Below are positions 38,325 to 47,265 of a stretch of 64,000 nt of DNA, piece after piece (the stretch's first letter is position 1; each line of letters opens with the position of its first letter). The position numbers and the translations under genes were made by a program. The stretch comes from an uncultured Acidobacteriota bacterium (GTDB lineage: Bacteria > Acidobacteriota > UBA6911): positions 64,001 to 128,000 of the forward strand of contig CAWJKZ010000019.1 of NCBI GenBank assembly GCA_963843575.1, in the 5' to 3' direction. The notes under the pieces are model-generated. The model saw only the letters and a list, made by a program, of their open reading frames with translations. It was not told the origin of the DNA and did no database searches.

Positions 38325-39281
38325 TCACGCCTGCGGGAAGCGGAAGAGCGGGGGCGTGCTCATCGCCTTCTTCTTCAGCTGCTCCGCCTCCTCGGCCGTC
38401 AGCGGTTTGAACTGGGCGGCCAGTCCCAGCGCCATCTTGAAGACGTTCTCGTCGCCGGGGGGCACTGCTGCCGTGACCGGGTGCGATAGCGTGAACCGCA
38501 GCGCCGGCCCGGCCTCCTCCGGCTGGCTGAACGGCTCGTACCAGCATTTGGGGTGGGTCCTCTTCGCCCCTTCCGGCCAAGGCCGCTTCGCGAGCGCCTT
38601 CAGCGCCAGTATCCCCATCTGCTTTTCCTGCGCCTTCGCCAGGACCTGCGGCCCGAAGTTTCCCGCGTTCCACGTGGCGTAATTGATCGGGAAGAGGATC
38701 GTGTCGAAGTTGAACCCGTCCATCAGCGCGAGCGCCGCTTCGACCGAATGAGCGGAGAATCCCACGAAGCGCACCTTGCCCGCGTTCCGGGCGGCGACAA
38801 AGGCTTCCATGGCCCCGGCCGGTCCGAGGATTTTCTGCACGTCTTCCCGTTTGGTCACCGCGTGGTGCTGGTACAGGTCGAAATGGTCCGTGCGCATTTT
38901 ACGGAGCGACCGCTCCAATTCCGCGGAGGCGCCGTCTTTCGTGCGCTGCTGCGTCTTGCAGGCGAGGAAGATCCCTTTGCGGAAGGGCTCCAGGGCTGGG
39001 CCGAGCATGTCCTCGGCGTTGCCGTAGCTGGGGGCGACGTCAAAGTAGTTCACCCCGGCGTCGATCGCCTCCTTCACCCGCTGCGCGGCCTGCTCGGTCG
39101 TGGCGTTCATCACGACGATGCCGCCGAAACCGATCATCGACAGTCTTTCGCCGGTCTTGCCGAGCGATCTTTTCTCCAGGCCCCGCGCCGGTTTCTGACG
39201 CTGAATCGCCGAAAGCGATGCAGGGAAACAGCTCAGGAGCGATGCCGCCCCCGCGTCCTTCAAGAATTCCCGCCTGTCCAT
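38325..39281 (-). CDS. Aldo/keto reductase with Tat-type signal peptide
   Basis: DRREFLK twin-Arg; NYFDVAPSYG, LACKT, DLYQHH, GFSAH. Confidence 0.9.
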   Translation of the reverse strand: MDRREFLKDAGAASLLSCFPASLSAIQRQKPARGLEKRSLGKTGERLSMIGFGGIVVMNATTEQAAQRVKEAIDAGVNYFDVAPSYGNAEDMLGPALEPFRKGIFLACKTQQRTKDGASAELERSLRKMRTDHFDLYQHHAVTKREDVQKILGPAGAMEAFVAARNAGKVRFVGFSAHSVEAALALMDGFNFDTILFPINYATWNAGNFGPQVLAKAQEKQMGILALKALAKRPWPEGAKRTHPKCWYEPFSQPEEAGPALRFTLSHPVTAAVPPGDENVFKMALGLAAQFKPLTAEEAEQLKKKAMSTPPLFRFPQA

Positions 39282-39354
39282 ATTCCCTCCATTGGTCGGC
39301 TTCTATCATAACCTGTTGGCTGGGGTGGTGGGGCTCGATCTTTTGGATGAGCGG

Positions 39355-39510
39355 GGAAGCGGAAGCCGGAAGCCCGGAAGCCGACGAACGGCGTTACCGT
39401 CAGGCGGCGTGGAGTGGCGCGGGGAAGCGGTAGCCGGAAGTCCGAAGCCCGGAAGCCGCCGATCAGGTTATCCCGTCTTCCGGCTTCCGTCTTCCGGCTT
39501 CCGTCTTTTT
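39355..39510. repeat. GGAAGCC heptamer cluster with an inverted block
   Basis: ggaagcggaagccggaagcccggaagcc ... cttccggcttccgtcttccggcttccgtc. Confidence 0.75.
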
Positions 39511-40721
39511 CACATCAGCATGCCGGCGATGGAGGCCGAGAGGTAGTTGGCGAGCGTCCCGGCCGCAACCGCCCGAAAACCGAGCAGTGCCAGGTCGTGC
39601 TTGCGATCCGGTGCCAGCGCCCCGATGCCGCCGAGCTGGATCCCGATCGAGCTGAAGTTGGCAAACCCGCAGAGCGCAAATGTGGCGATCACAAAAGAGC
39701 GCGGGTCGATGCTCGCTTTAAGGGCGCCCAGTTGCCCATAGGCGATCAGTTCGTTCAGCACCAGCCGGGTGCCGAGGAGATTCCCGACCGCGAAACAATC
39801 GCGCCAGGGCACGCCCATCAGCCAGGCGAGCGGGGCGGCGAGGTGGCCGAAGATCCACTCGAGGCTCAGACGCTGCCCCCCCCAAAGCGGCACGGTCCCC
39901 AGCAGGGCGTTTACCAGCGCGATCAGGGCCAGAAACGAGATCAGCATCGCGCCCACGTTTAGCGCCAGGTGCAAGCCCTCGCCGGTCCCCCGCGCGGCCG
40001 CGTCGATGACGTTGACGTCGGTGCGCTCGATCCTGAGTGTCACGGTCCCGGCGGTTTTCGGCTGTTCGGTTTCCGGCACGAACATCTTGGCCAGCATGAT
40101 TGTGCCCGGGGCCGTCATGATCACCGCCGTCAGCAGGTGACGCGCCTCCACGCCGAAGGCGATGTAAGCGGCCATGATGCCCCCGGAGATGTGCGCCATT
40201 CCGCTGGTCATGACCGTCATCAGCTCCGACCGCGTCATCGCGGATAGAAATGGGCGTATGGTCAGCGGTGCCTCTGTCTGGCCCATGAAAATGCTCGCGG
40301 CCACGTTCAGCGACTCCGCGCCGCTGGCTCCCATCAGGCGGGTCATCACCTTGGCGAACCCCAACACGACGTATTGCATGACCCCGAGGTAGTACAGGAT
40401 GGCAAACAGGGCGGCGATGAAGATTATGGTCGGAAGCACCTGGAAGGCAAACAGGGCAAGGGTGTTTCCCGGCGTGCCGAGCTGGCCGAAGACGAACGAA
40501 GACCCTATGTGCGCGAAGCCCAGGAGGGCCGTGATCTTGTCCCCGATCCACCGGAAGACTGCCTGGCCGGTACCCGTTCTGAGCACGAGCAATGCGAAGG
40601 CGAACTGCAGGCCGAGTCCCCAGGCCACGGTCTTCGGCCGGATCGCGCGGCGGTTCGTGGAAAAGACGTAGGCGATGGCCAGGATGGCGACGATCCCCAG
40701 CAGGCCGGATAGTCTCTGCAT
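39510..40721 (-). CDS. CNT family nucleoside transporter (NupC-like)
   Basis: AFQVLPTIIF, FMGQTEAPL, KMFVPETE, NELIAY, FALCGFANFSSIGI. Confidence 0.93.
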   Translation of the reverse strand: MQRLSGLLGIVAILAIAYVFSTNRRAIRPKTVAWGLGLQFAFALLVLRTGTGQAVFRWIGDKITALLGFAHIGSSFVFGQLGTPGNTLALFAFQVLPTIIFIAALFAILYYLGVMQYVVLGFAKVMTRLMGASGAESLNVAASIFMGQTEAPLTIRPFLSAMTRSELMTVMTSGMAHISGGIMAAYIAFGVEARHLLTAVIMTAPGTIMLAKMFVPETEQPKTAGTVTLRIERTDVNVIDAAARGTGEGLHLALNVGAMLISFLALIALVNALLGTVPLWGGQRLSLEWIFGHLAAPLAWLMGVPWRDCFAVGNLLGTRLVLNELIAYGQLGALKASIDPRSFVIATFALCGFANFSSIGIQLGGIGALAPDRKHDLALLGFRAVAAGTLANYLSASIAGMLM

Positions 40722-40884
40722 GACGGGCTCCCGATCGATTCCAGTTTGTCAGGAAAGCGGCCATTATAGGGAGCGGCCCGCGCTAATACAACGATCCGTG
40801 TCGGAACCCCTTCGAGATTCCTCAAGGGGGTCGGGCCGGGCACTCGAAGAAGGCCGGGGAAACAGCGTGAAGTATAATTATGTC

Positions 40885-41853
40885 ATGCCCGATGCGACGC
40901 CGCGGGGCCCGTTCGCCGCCGGAAGCCGTTACAACTCCTATGGTGCCTACCTGAAGGAGCGATTCGGCTGCCGGGTATATAAGGTGATCGTCGACGGGGG
41001 GTTCACGTGCCCGAACCGCGACGGCACGGTTGCGACGGGAGGCTGTACCTACTGCAGCAACGACTCCTTCCGGCCGGGCGCCGTCCGGCGGCTCCTGCCT
41101 GTGGCCGAGCAGGTGCGCCAGGGGATCGAGTATCTGGGCAACCGCTATCGCAGCCGCCGGTTTGTCGTCTATTTCCAGCCGTACACCAACACCTACGCGC
41201 CCCTGGAAACGCTCGTCCCGATGTACGAGGAAGCACTCTCCCACCCCGGCGTCGTCGGTCTGGCCGTCGGCACGCGCCCGGACTGCATCGACGAAGAGAA
41301 GATCGCATGGTTCGAGAAGCTCGCCAGGTCCCGCTTCGTCACACTCGAGTACGGGCTCGAGTCGATCTACGACTCGAGCCTCGAGCGCATCAATCGCGGA
41401 CACGACTTCCGCTGCTGGACCGACGCGGTGTCACGCACCAGCGGCCGGGGCATCGCGATCTGCGCCCACCTCATCCTGGGTTTCCCGTGGGAAACGCGAG
41501 AAGAGATCCTCGCCATGCCTGGCGTCGTTTCAGCCTCGGGGATCGATTTTGTGAAGCTGCACCACCTTCACGTGGTCCGCCACACCTCGATGGGCCGGGA
41601 GTTCCTGCGACGGCCCTTCCGCGTCCTGGAGTATCCCGAGTACCTCGACCTGGTGGTCGACGTTCTGGAACGCCTCAGCCCCTCAATCCGCGTGGAACGG
41701 CTCTTCGGACTGGCTCCCGATGCCGACCTGATCGCGCCACGCTGGGGGAAGACGAAGCCGGAGATACAATACGATGTCGAACGCCGTCTGGCATCCCGCG
41801 AAACCTGGCAGGGCAGGCTGTACCGCCCGCAACCCGGCGACGCAACAGACTGA
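40885..41853 (+). CDS. TIGR01212 (YhcC/YtqA) family radical SAM protein
   Basis: GGFTCPNRDG..GGCTYC, YFQPYTNTY, GTRPDC, INRGH, HLILG, VKLHHLHV. Confidence 0.92.
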   Translation: MPDATPRGPFAAGSRYNSYGAYLKERFGCRVYKVIVDGGFTCPNRDGTVATGGCTYCSNDSFRPGAVRRLLPVAEQVRQGIEYLGNRYRSRRFVVYFQPYTNTYAPLETLVPMYEEALSHPGVVGLAVGTRPDCIDEEKIAWFEKLARSRFVTLEYGLESIYDSSLERINRGHDFRCWTDAVSRTSGRGIAICAHLILGFPWETREEILAMPGVVSASGIDFVKLHHLHVVRHTSMGREFLRRPFRVLEYPEYLDLVVDVLERLSPSIRVERLFGLAPDADLIAPRWGKTKPEIQYDVERRLASRETWQGRLYRPQPGDATD

Positions 41854-41876
41854 AATACACTCGCGGCGACTCGCCT

Positions 41877-43439
41877 TCAGGGTTTCGATTCGAAATAATG
41901 CCGAATCCAGTGATCCAAAGCGGATTCCGGGTTGCGGACCACTTCAGCGGTGATCTCGAAGCGCGCCGGGCCGTGGTTTTTCCGGATCAGGTTCAGCCCG
42001 TGCTCGTAGTTCTTAAACGTCTCCTTGAACACGCTCTCCACGGTTTCGTTCGATTCGAGTGCCTTATCTGCGAGCAGCCTCGCCGCTTCCGGGTCCATGA
42101 CGATCTCGAGGCCGAAGCGTTCCGACCAACTCTCCACGAGCTTTTTCAGCCGCCCCTGCATTTCCCGCCAGCGGTCGGCTCGGGAAGCCTCGAGCAACCG
42201 GTCGAGCACCTGTGCGGGAGCGTCGACCACGTCGGCGGTGAGCTCGAAGTCCACGACTCCCGAGTCGGGCAACTGATATTTGAACTCCCGGAACACGCGC
42301 TCGCACACTCCGACGAGACTCCGGGCGCCAGTCCTCTCCTCGTACGCGATCTGGGCGATTCGGCGCAATCCGTCGTCGCTTGATCGCAACGTGATCCCAT
42401 ACGCCTCGAAGGCCTGCTCGTACTGGCGCAGGAGAGACCCTTCGGAGTGCTTCAGGATCTGAAATAGGTCATTCACTTCGAGCTGCTGGCACGTGACGAT
42501 GACCGGGAGGCGCCCTATGAATTCGGATTCGAACCCGAACTCTATGAAATCGCTGCTTTTTGCGGCCTGGAGGAAGTCCTCGCCGCGGGACGGGGCGCCT
42601 TCCCCGGAACCGAGAAACCCGATCCGCTTCGCCCCGACGCGCTTTCGAACGATTTCGGCAAGCCCATTGAAGGCTCCCGAGACGATAAAGAGAATGTGGC
42701 GGGTGTTGATTACTGACCGGCTGACCTTCCCCTTGCTCTGAAATTCCATTGCCGCCTGGAGCTGCGAGGTGAGGTCGAACGGCGTGCGCAGGCTGACTTC
42801 GGTCTCCTCCATTAGCTTGAGCAACCCGCGCTGAACTCCGCCGCCGCTGACGTCGCGTCCCAGCACGTTAGCCGGCGTCGCGATCTTGTCGATCTCGTCC
42901 AGGTAGATGATGCCGTACTCCGCCAGCCTGATGTCGCCGTCGGCTTTCTGGACGAGTTCGCGCACGAGGTCTTCCACGTCCCCGCCCACATAGCCGGTCT
43001 CGGAGAATTTCGTGGCGTCGGCCTTCACGAATGGGACCCCGATCAGATCGGCGATGGTGCGGACCAGGTAGGTTTTGCCCACGCCGGTCGGACCGACCAT
43101 GATGATGTTCTGCTTGGCGTACTCCTTGCATGGACCCTTGCTGGAGCAGCGCTTGATGTGGTTGTAGTGATCGCAAATCGCTGTAGCCAGGACCTTTTTA
43201 GCGCTTTCCTGCTGGATCACATACCGGTCCAGGTACTTCTTTATGTCACGGGGCAGGTGATCGAACTGCAGGTTGAGCGGCGTTTCTCTGGTCTCGGTTC
43301 CCTCGTCGGCGGTGCGGGCTTGGTCCGGCTGTGCACCCAGGACACCAAGCCGCACTCGATCGCCATACTTCCTGGTAAAAAACTCCTCCATGTCCTTGCG
43401 CAATTCGTCGGTATTCGGCCAGACGGGATCTTTGGACAA
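41877..43439 (-). CDS. ClpX-like AAA+ ATPase lacking the zinc-binding domain
   Basis: GPTGVGKT, TGYVG, YLDEIDK, RDVSG, IGF loop, EFIGRLP, TGAR; TTG start after aggagg. Confidence 0.85.
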   Translation of the reverse strand: MSKDPVWPNTDELRKDMEEFFTRKYGDRVRLGVLGAQPDQARTADEGTETRETPLNLQFDHLPRDIKKYLDRYVIQQESAKKVLATAICDHYNHIKRCSSKGPCKEYAKQNIIMVGPTGVGKTYLVRTIADLIGVPFVKADATKFSETGYVGGDVEDLVRELVQKADGDIRLAEYGIIYLDEIDKIATPANVLGRDVSGGGVQRGLLKLMEETEVSLRTPFDLTSQLQAAMEFQSKGKVSRSVINTRHILFIVSGAFNGLAEIVRKRVGAKRIGFLGSGEGAPSRGEDFLQAAKSSDFIEFGFESEFIGRLPVIVTCQQLEVNDLFQILKHSEGSLLRQYEQAFEAYGITLRSSDDGLRRIAQIAYEERTGARSLVGVCERVFREFKYQLPDSGVVDFELTADVVDAPAQVLDRLLEASRADRWREMQGRLKKLVESWSERFGLEIVMDPEAARLLADKALESNETVESVFKETFKNYEHGLNLIRKNHGPARFEITAEVVRNPESALDHWIRHYFESKP

Positions 43440-43552
43440 CGAGGCGACCTCCTGACGGCCTGCTATGTTTCTGCAAAATATTAGCTTAGCGGACGTCCAG
43501 AGCAAAGTATGAGTGCTGGCGCGGCAAAAATCAACCGCCTGACGGGGAACCT

Positions 43553-44248
43553 CTAGCCGCGTCGCGCTTGGCGGCGGGGTATTTCGATCTTCTTGACCAG
43601 CGGTTTGGATCGTTTTCCGAGACCCTTGCCACGCCCAGCCAGCGATCGGAGCGGCCGGCCCGATTCCTGGTCGTGCGCCGGTTTATCCCTGGCGGGGGCC
43701 TTGGGCCGATTCATGGACCGGTCTGGGCGAGGGTGGGAGGGCGCGGCGGGCACCTGAACCTCGCGCTCGAACACCTGCATCAGATTCGCCGCCCGCTGCG
43801 TCAGCGCCGGGTCGCCGGAGAAGGGCTCTATAATCCGGGTGAGTCGCGCAACATGTGCCTTGACCATGATATAGAAGTCAAGCGCACGATCGGTCCACTC
43901 GGTACGCAGCACCCGTATCAGAGGAACATACGTCCGAAGGATCAGCGGTTCCTCAAACTCCAGCATACGGGTTAGGCAGTGCGTGAGCGCCTTGCTTTCC
44001 CAGGGTTGCGAGGCCTGTGGGGCTGACCACAATTCGAGGGCGGCATTCAGGGTAGCTTCGTCGGCCTTTAGCCGCGTCCAGAACGCAGCCGGCAGGCTCT
44101 TCAAACTGGCCGCCTGCCGCTCCAGGTCCCTGGACATCTCGATCCATGTTTCCCGGATCAGGTTGTTCTCGCTAAAGAACTGCGCCGCCTGCAGATAAGT
44201 ATCAGTACCCTTTTTTTGCAGCTTGGCGAGGGCGCCGGGAAGGCTCAT
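43553..44248 (-). CDS. Hypothetical helical protein (ferritin-like pattern) with basic tail
   Basis: Y..A..F..W..MSRDLERQ and RMLEFE..Y..HVARL helical pattern; RBS and promoter upstream. Confidence 0.65.
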   Translation of the reverse strand: MSLPGALAKLQKKGTDTYLQAAQFFSENNLIRETWIEMSRDLERQAASLKSLPAAFWTRLKADEATLNAALELWSAPQASQPWESKALTHCLTRMLEFEEPLILRTYVPLIRVLRTEWTDRALDFYIMVKAHVARLTRIIEPFSGDPALTQRAANLMQVFEREVQVPAAPSHPRPDRSMNRPKAPARDKPAHDQESGRPLRSLAGRGKGLGKRSKPLVKKIEIPRRQARRG

Positions 44249-44333
44249 ATCCCTGTTGCTCTATTGGTTTACTACTAAAGTAAAGTAATCCGATGACCAG
44301 CTTGCTTGCTACGGGGAGTTGCTAGAAAGTTCG

Positions 44334-44362
44334 AGTCTACCAACTCTTTCAGAAGGTGTAAA
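44334..44362 (-). promoter_or_regulatory. Sigma70-type promoter in an AT-rich intergenic region
   Basis: Minus strand TTTACA-N17-TAGACT with TG extension. Confidence 0.55.
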
Positions 44363-44473
44363 GTCCAATCTTCGTTTTTACTTATCCGGATTGTGAGCCG
44401 CATCCCTACAGTCACCTTCATTAATTCTACTCCCAGGGTCCAGTGTCAGGAAAGGGTGCCGGTGCGGCGGTCT

Positions 44474-45400
44474 TTACTCGACTGCCGGCTCGAGAAATGT
44501 GAGTTGGCGGTTGTCGCAGTCCAGCCTGACGTTTGTTCCGAGCGGCAGCACCCAGTTTCCCGGTCCGTGGCCTGCCGGAAACCCAGCCAGAACCGGCACT
44601 CCCAGGCGATCGAGCCGCTCGCGTAATGTATCTTCGACGGTCCACCCCGGGGCCGCCTCGCACTCGGCGAAGCTCCCGAGCAGGACGCCGGCCACTGCCT
44701 CCAGTTTGCCTGCCAAGTCTAGGTGGGTCAGCATGCGATCGAGCCGGTAGGCAGGTTCCCCAAAATCTTCCAGGAAAAGGATTTTGCCCTCGGTCTTGAT
44801 TTCGTACCGTGTGCCAATGCTTGCGGTCAGCAGCGACAGGCATCCCCCGGCAAGCCTCCCCTCGGCCACTCCCGGTACCCATGGCTTGAGTTCCGGGGAG
44901 CCGTAGCGGGGCAGATATCCGGGATCGGTCCAGAGCGACAGCAGGTGGTTCTCGCCCTCGCCCGAGAGATCGGCCAAGGCCGGGGAAACCATCATGGGAC
45001 CGTGCATCGTTACCCACCCGAAACGACGCCTGAAAAACAGGTGCAGCGTCGTCAAATCGCTGAATCCCATGAATACCTTGGGACTGCGGCGCAGCCTCGC
45101 CTCGTCGAGGAACGGGATCAGACGGGCGCAACCGTAGCCGCCCCGCAGCGGGAGTACGGCTCGCACCTCCCGGTCTTCGAAGCAATCCATCAGTTCGGCG
45201 GCGCGGTCGGCGTCCAGGCCCGCGAGGTAACCCCTGGATTCGAAGATCCGGTCGCTGTACTTCACCCGGAAGCCCAGTCTCTCGAGAACCGCCGCCCCGG
45301 CCAGAAACGCGTTCCGGCTTTCCACCGGCCCTGCCGGGGCGACGACCCCGACGGTATCTCCCGGTCTGAGTGCCCGGGGACGGATTGTAGGGATATCCAT
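44474..45400 (-). CDS. ldcA: LD-carboxypeptidase (peptidase S66)
   Basis: RGGYG, GFSDLT (Ser), HGPM, LFLED (Glu), AGH (His), LPLG. Confidence 0.92.
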   Translation of the reverse strand: MDIPTIRPRALRPGDTVGVVAPAGPVESRNAFLAGAAVLERLGFRVKYSDRIFESRGYLAGLDADRAAELMDCFEDREVRAVLPLRGGYGCARLIPFLDEARLRRSPKVFMGFSDLTTLHLFFRRRFGWVTMHGPMMVSPALADLSGEGENHLLSLWTDPGYLPRYGSPELKPWVPGVAEGRLAGGCLSLLTASIGTRYEIKTEGKILFLEDFGEPAYRLDRMLTHLDLAGKLEAVAGVLLGSFAECEAAPGWTVEDTLRERLDRLGVPVLAGFPAGHGPGNWVLPLGTNVRLDCDNRQLTFLEPAVE

Positions 45401-45526
45401 GAAAGCCTGCCTGATCTGCTCGCCCGGCGGTGTGATTTTTCACAACCCCCGCCCTGTTTTCCTTGTGGCTGCCGGCCGGGCCGTGCTTCATTATAGCTTC
45501 GCGCCAAAACAAGACGGGAGTTGCCG

Positions 45527-46144
45527 ATGCTCAACTATATCTGGCTCGCGCTGGTCATTGTTGCCGTAGTGCTCGGGGGAATCAACGGCAAAGTCGATGC
45601 GGTCACCAAGGCAGCGATCGACTCCGCCGGAAGTGCCGTCACCATTGCCATCGGGTTGATCGGGGTGATGGCCCTCTGGCTGGGGATAATGAAGATCGCC
45701 GAAGATTCCGGCCTCATGCGGCTGCTCGCCAAGGCCATCTCCCCCATCCTGCGGCGCCTGTTCCCCGAGGTGCCTCCCGACCACCCGGCCATGGGGAGCA
45801 TGATGATGAATATTTCCGCCAACATGCTTGGGCTGAGCAACGCAGCGACTCCCATGGGGTTGAAGGCGATGGAAGATCTCAACCGGCTGAACCGGCACCC
45901 GGGGGTGGCGACAAACGCCATGTGCACGTTCCTGACCGTCAACACCGCCGGGCTTCAGCTTGTCCCTGCCTCGATGATCAGCATCCTGGCTTCGGCGGGC
46001 TCGCGTGAACCCACGGCCATCATCGGCACCACCGTCGCCTCCACGATGGTGGCGCTGGTTGCCGGTGTGACGGTGGCGAAACTGCTCGAAAAGGTCCCGC
46101 TCTTTGCCGCCGACAGGGGTGCAAAACAGGAGGACCAGCCATGA
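45527..46144 (+). CDS. spmA: Spore maturation protein A-like (Gate domain)
   Basis: MLNYIW, LWLGIMKIAE, LFPEVP.DHPA, NMLGLSNAATPMGLKAM. Confidence 0.92.
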   Translation: MLNYIWLALVIVAVVLGGINGKVDAVTKAAIDSAGSAVTIAIGLIGVMALWLGIMKIAEDSGLMRLLAKAISPILRRLFPEVPPDHPAMGSMMMNISANMLGLSNAATPMGLKAMEDLNRLNRHPGVATNAMCTFLTVNTAGLQLVPASMISILASAGSREPTAIIGTTVASTMVALVAGVTVAKLLEKVPLFAADRGAKQEDQP

Positions 46145-46680
46145 TCCAGGAAACCGTCAGCGCCGTCTCACGCTGGGCCATTCCCTTCTTTCTCCTCGCG
46201 ATCCCTATTTACGGCGCCTGCCGGGGAGTGAAGGTGTACGAGAGTTTTGTCGAGGGGGCCAAAGAAGGTTTCCAGGTCGCGGTTCGCATCATTCCGTATC
46301 TCGTGGCCATCCTGGTGGCGGTGGGGATGCTGCGCAGCGCCGGTGCCATAGACATGCTGGCCCGGGGATTGGACCCGCTCCTGCGCCGCGTCGGCATGCC
46401 GGTTGAGCTTCTGCCGCTGGCCCTCATGAGGCCGCTCTCCGGCAGCGGTTCAATGGGCATCGTGACGGAGCTGGTGAAGACGCACGGGCCTGATTCCTTC
46501 CTCGCGCGATTGGCCGCTACCGCTTATGGGAGCACGGAAACGACATTCTACGTCCTGGCGGTGTACTTCGGATCCGTCGGGATCAAGAAGACGCGTCACG
46601 CCATCCTGTCCGGCCTGACCGCGGATGTCGTCAGCCTGATTGCCGCCATCATCGTGTGCCGGATGGTCTTCGGGTCGTGA
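46141..46680 (+). CDS. spmB: Spore maturation protein B-like (Gate domain)
   Basis: VYESFVEGAKEGF, RPLSGSG, GSTETTFYVLAVYFGSVGIKKTRHA. Confidence 0.93.
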   Translation: MIQETVSAVSRWAIPFFLLAIPIYGACRGVKVYESFVEGAKEGFQVAVRIIPYLVAILVAVGMLRSAGAIDMLARGLDPLLRRVGMPVELLPLALMRPLSGSGSMGIVTELVKTHGPDSFLARLAATAYGSTETTFYVLAVYFGSVGIKKTRHAILSGLTADVVSLIAAIIVCRMVFGS

Positions 46681-46710
46681 GCGCTCTGCCGTAACTGTGC
46701 CGAAAGACAA

Positions 46711-46813
46711 CTGGGTCCGGGCTTCAGCCCCGACCCAGTTTGCGGTCGCTATTGAGTGCACACTTCACTAAATAATGCGATCAAAAGACGTCCGGGCTGA
46801 AGCCCGGACCCAC
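46711..46813. repeat. REPIN-like unit (copy 2)
   Basis: ctgggtccgggcttcagccccgac..tttgcggtcgcta..gatcaaaagacgtccgggctgaagcccggacccac. Confidence 0.85.
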
Positions 46814-46978
46814 TTGTTTTTCGGGCAAGCCTCAGCCCGAACCCACGCCGGGCGGAAGGCGCGCTCGTTTTCCACCCGCTTGTTTCAATTATCCTTACCG
46901 AATCCGTCGCCCCGAGGTTATAATGCGCGGTCCAACACTGCCTTGGCGTGAAGCTCAGGCCCCCGCGCAGAGGATCCT

Positions 46979-47215
46979 ATGAGAATCCGAAGGAAGCTGC
47001 CGGCCGGGGGCGGCCAAGGGCCTGCGGGCCGGGCCTGGCTGGGATGGCTGCAGCAGGCCACAAGCCTGGTGTACCTGGTCGGGGGACTGTTCCTGATCTA
47101 TCAATACTGGCGGAGGCTGCATCGGCAGCTGGTGCTGGTCGTCGGAATACTGTTCGTGGCCTACAGCATTTATCGCTTTTTTCTCGTTCGGCGCACCATG
47201 CGAAGGCCGAGGTGA
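46979..47215 (+). CDS. Small two-TM hypothetical membrane protein
   Basis: agagga RBS, ttataat upstream, two hydrophobic segments flanked by basic residues; precedes hppA. Confidence 0.55.
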   Translation: MRIRRKLPAGGGQGPAGRAWLGWLQQATSLVYLVGGLFLIYQYWRRLHRQLVLVVGILFVAYSIYRFFLVRRTMRRPR

Positions 47216-47265
47216 AGAGTGGCGTTCGCGGGCGCATTCATAAATCGTTCAGGAGACAAGTCGAA

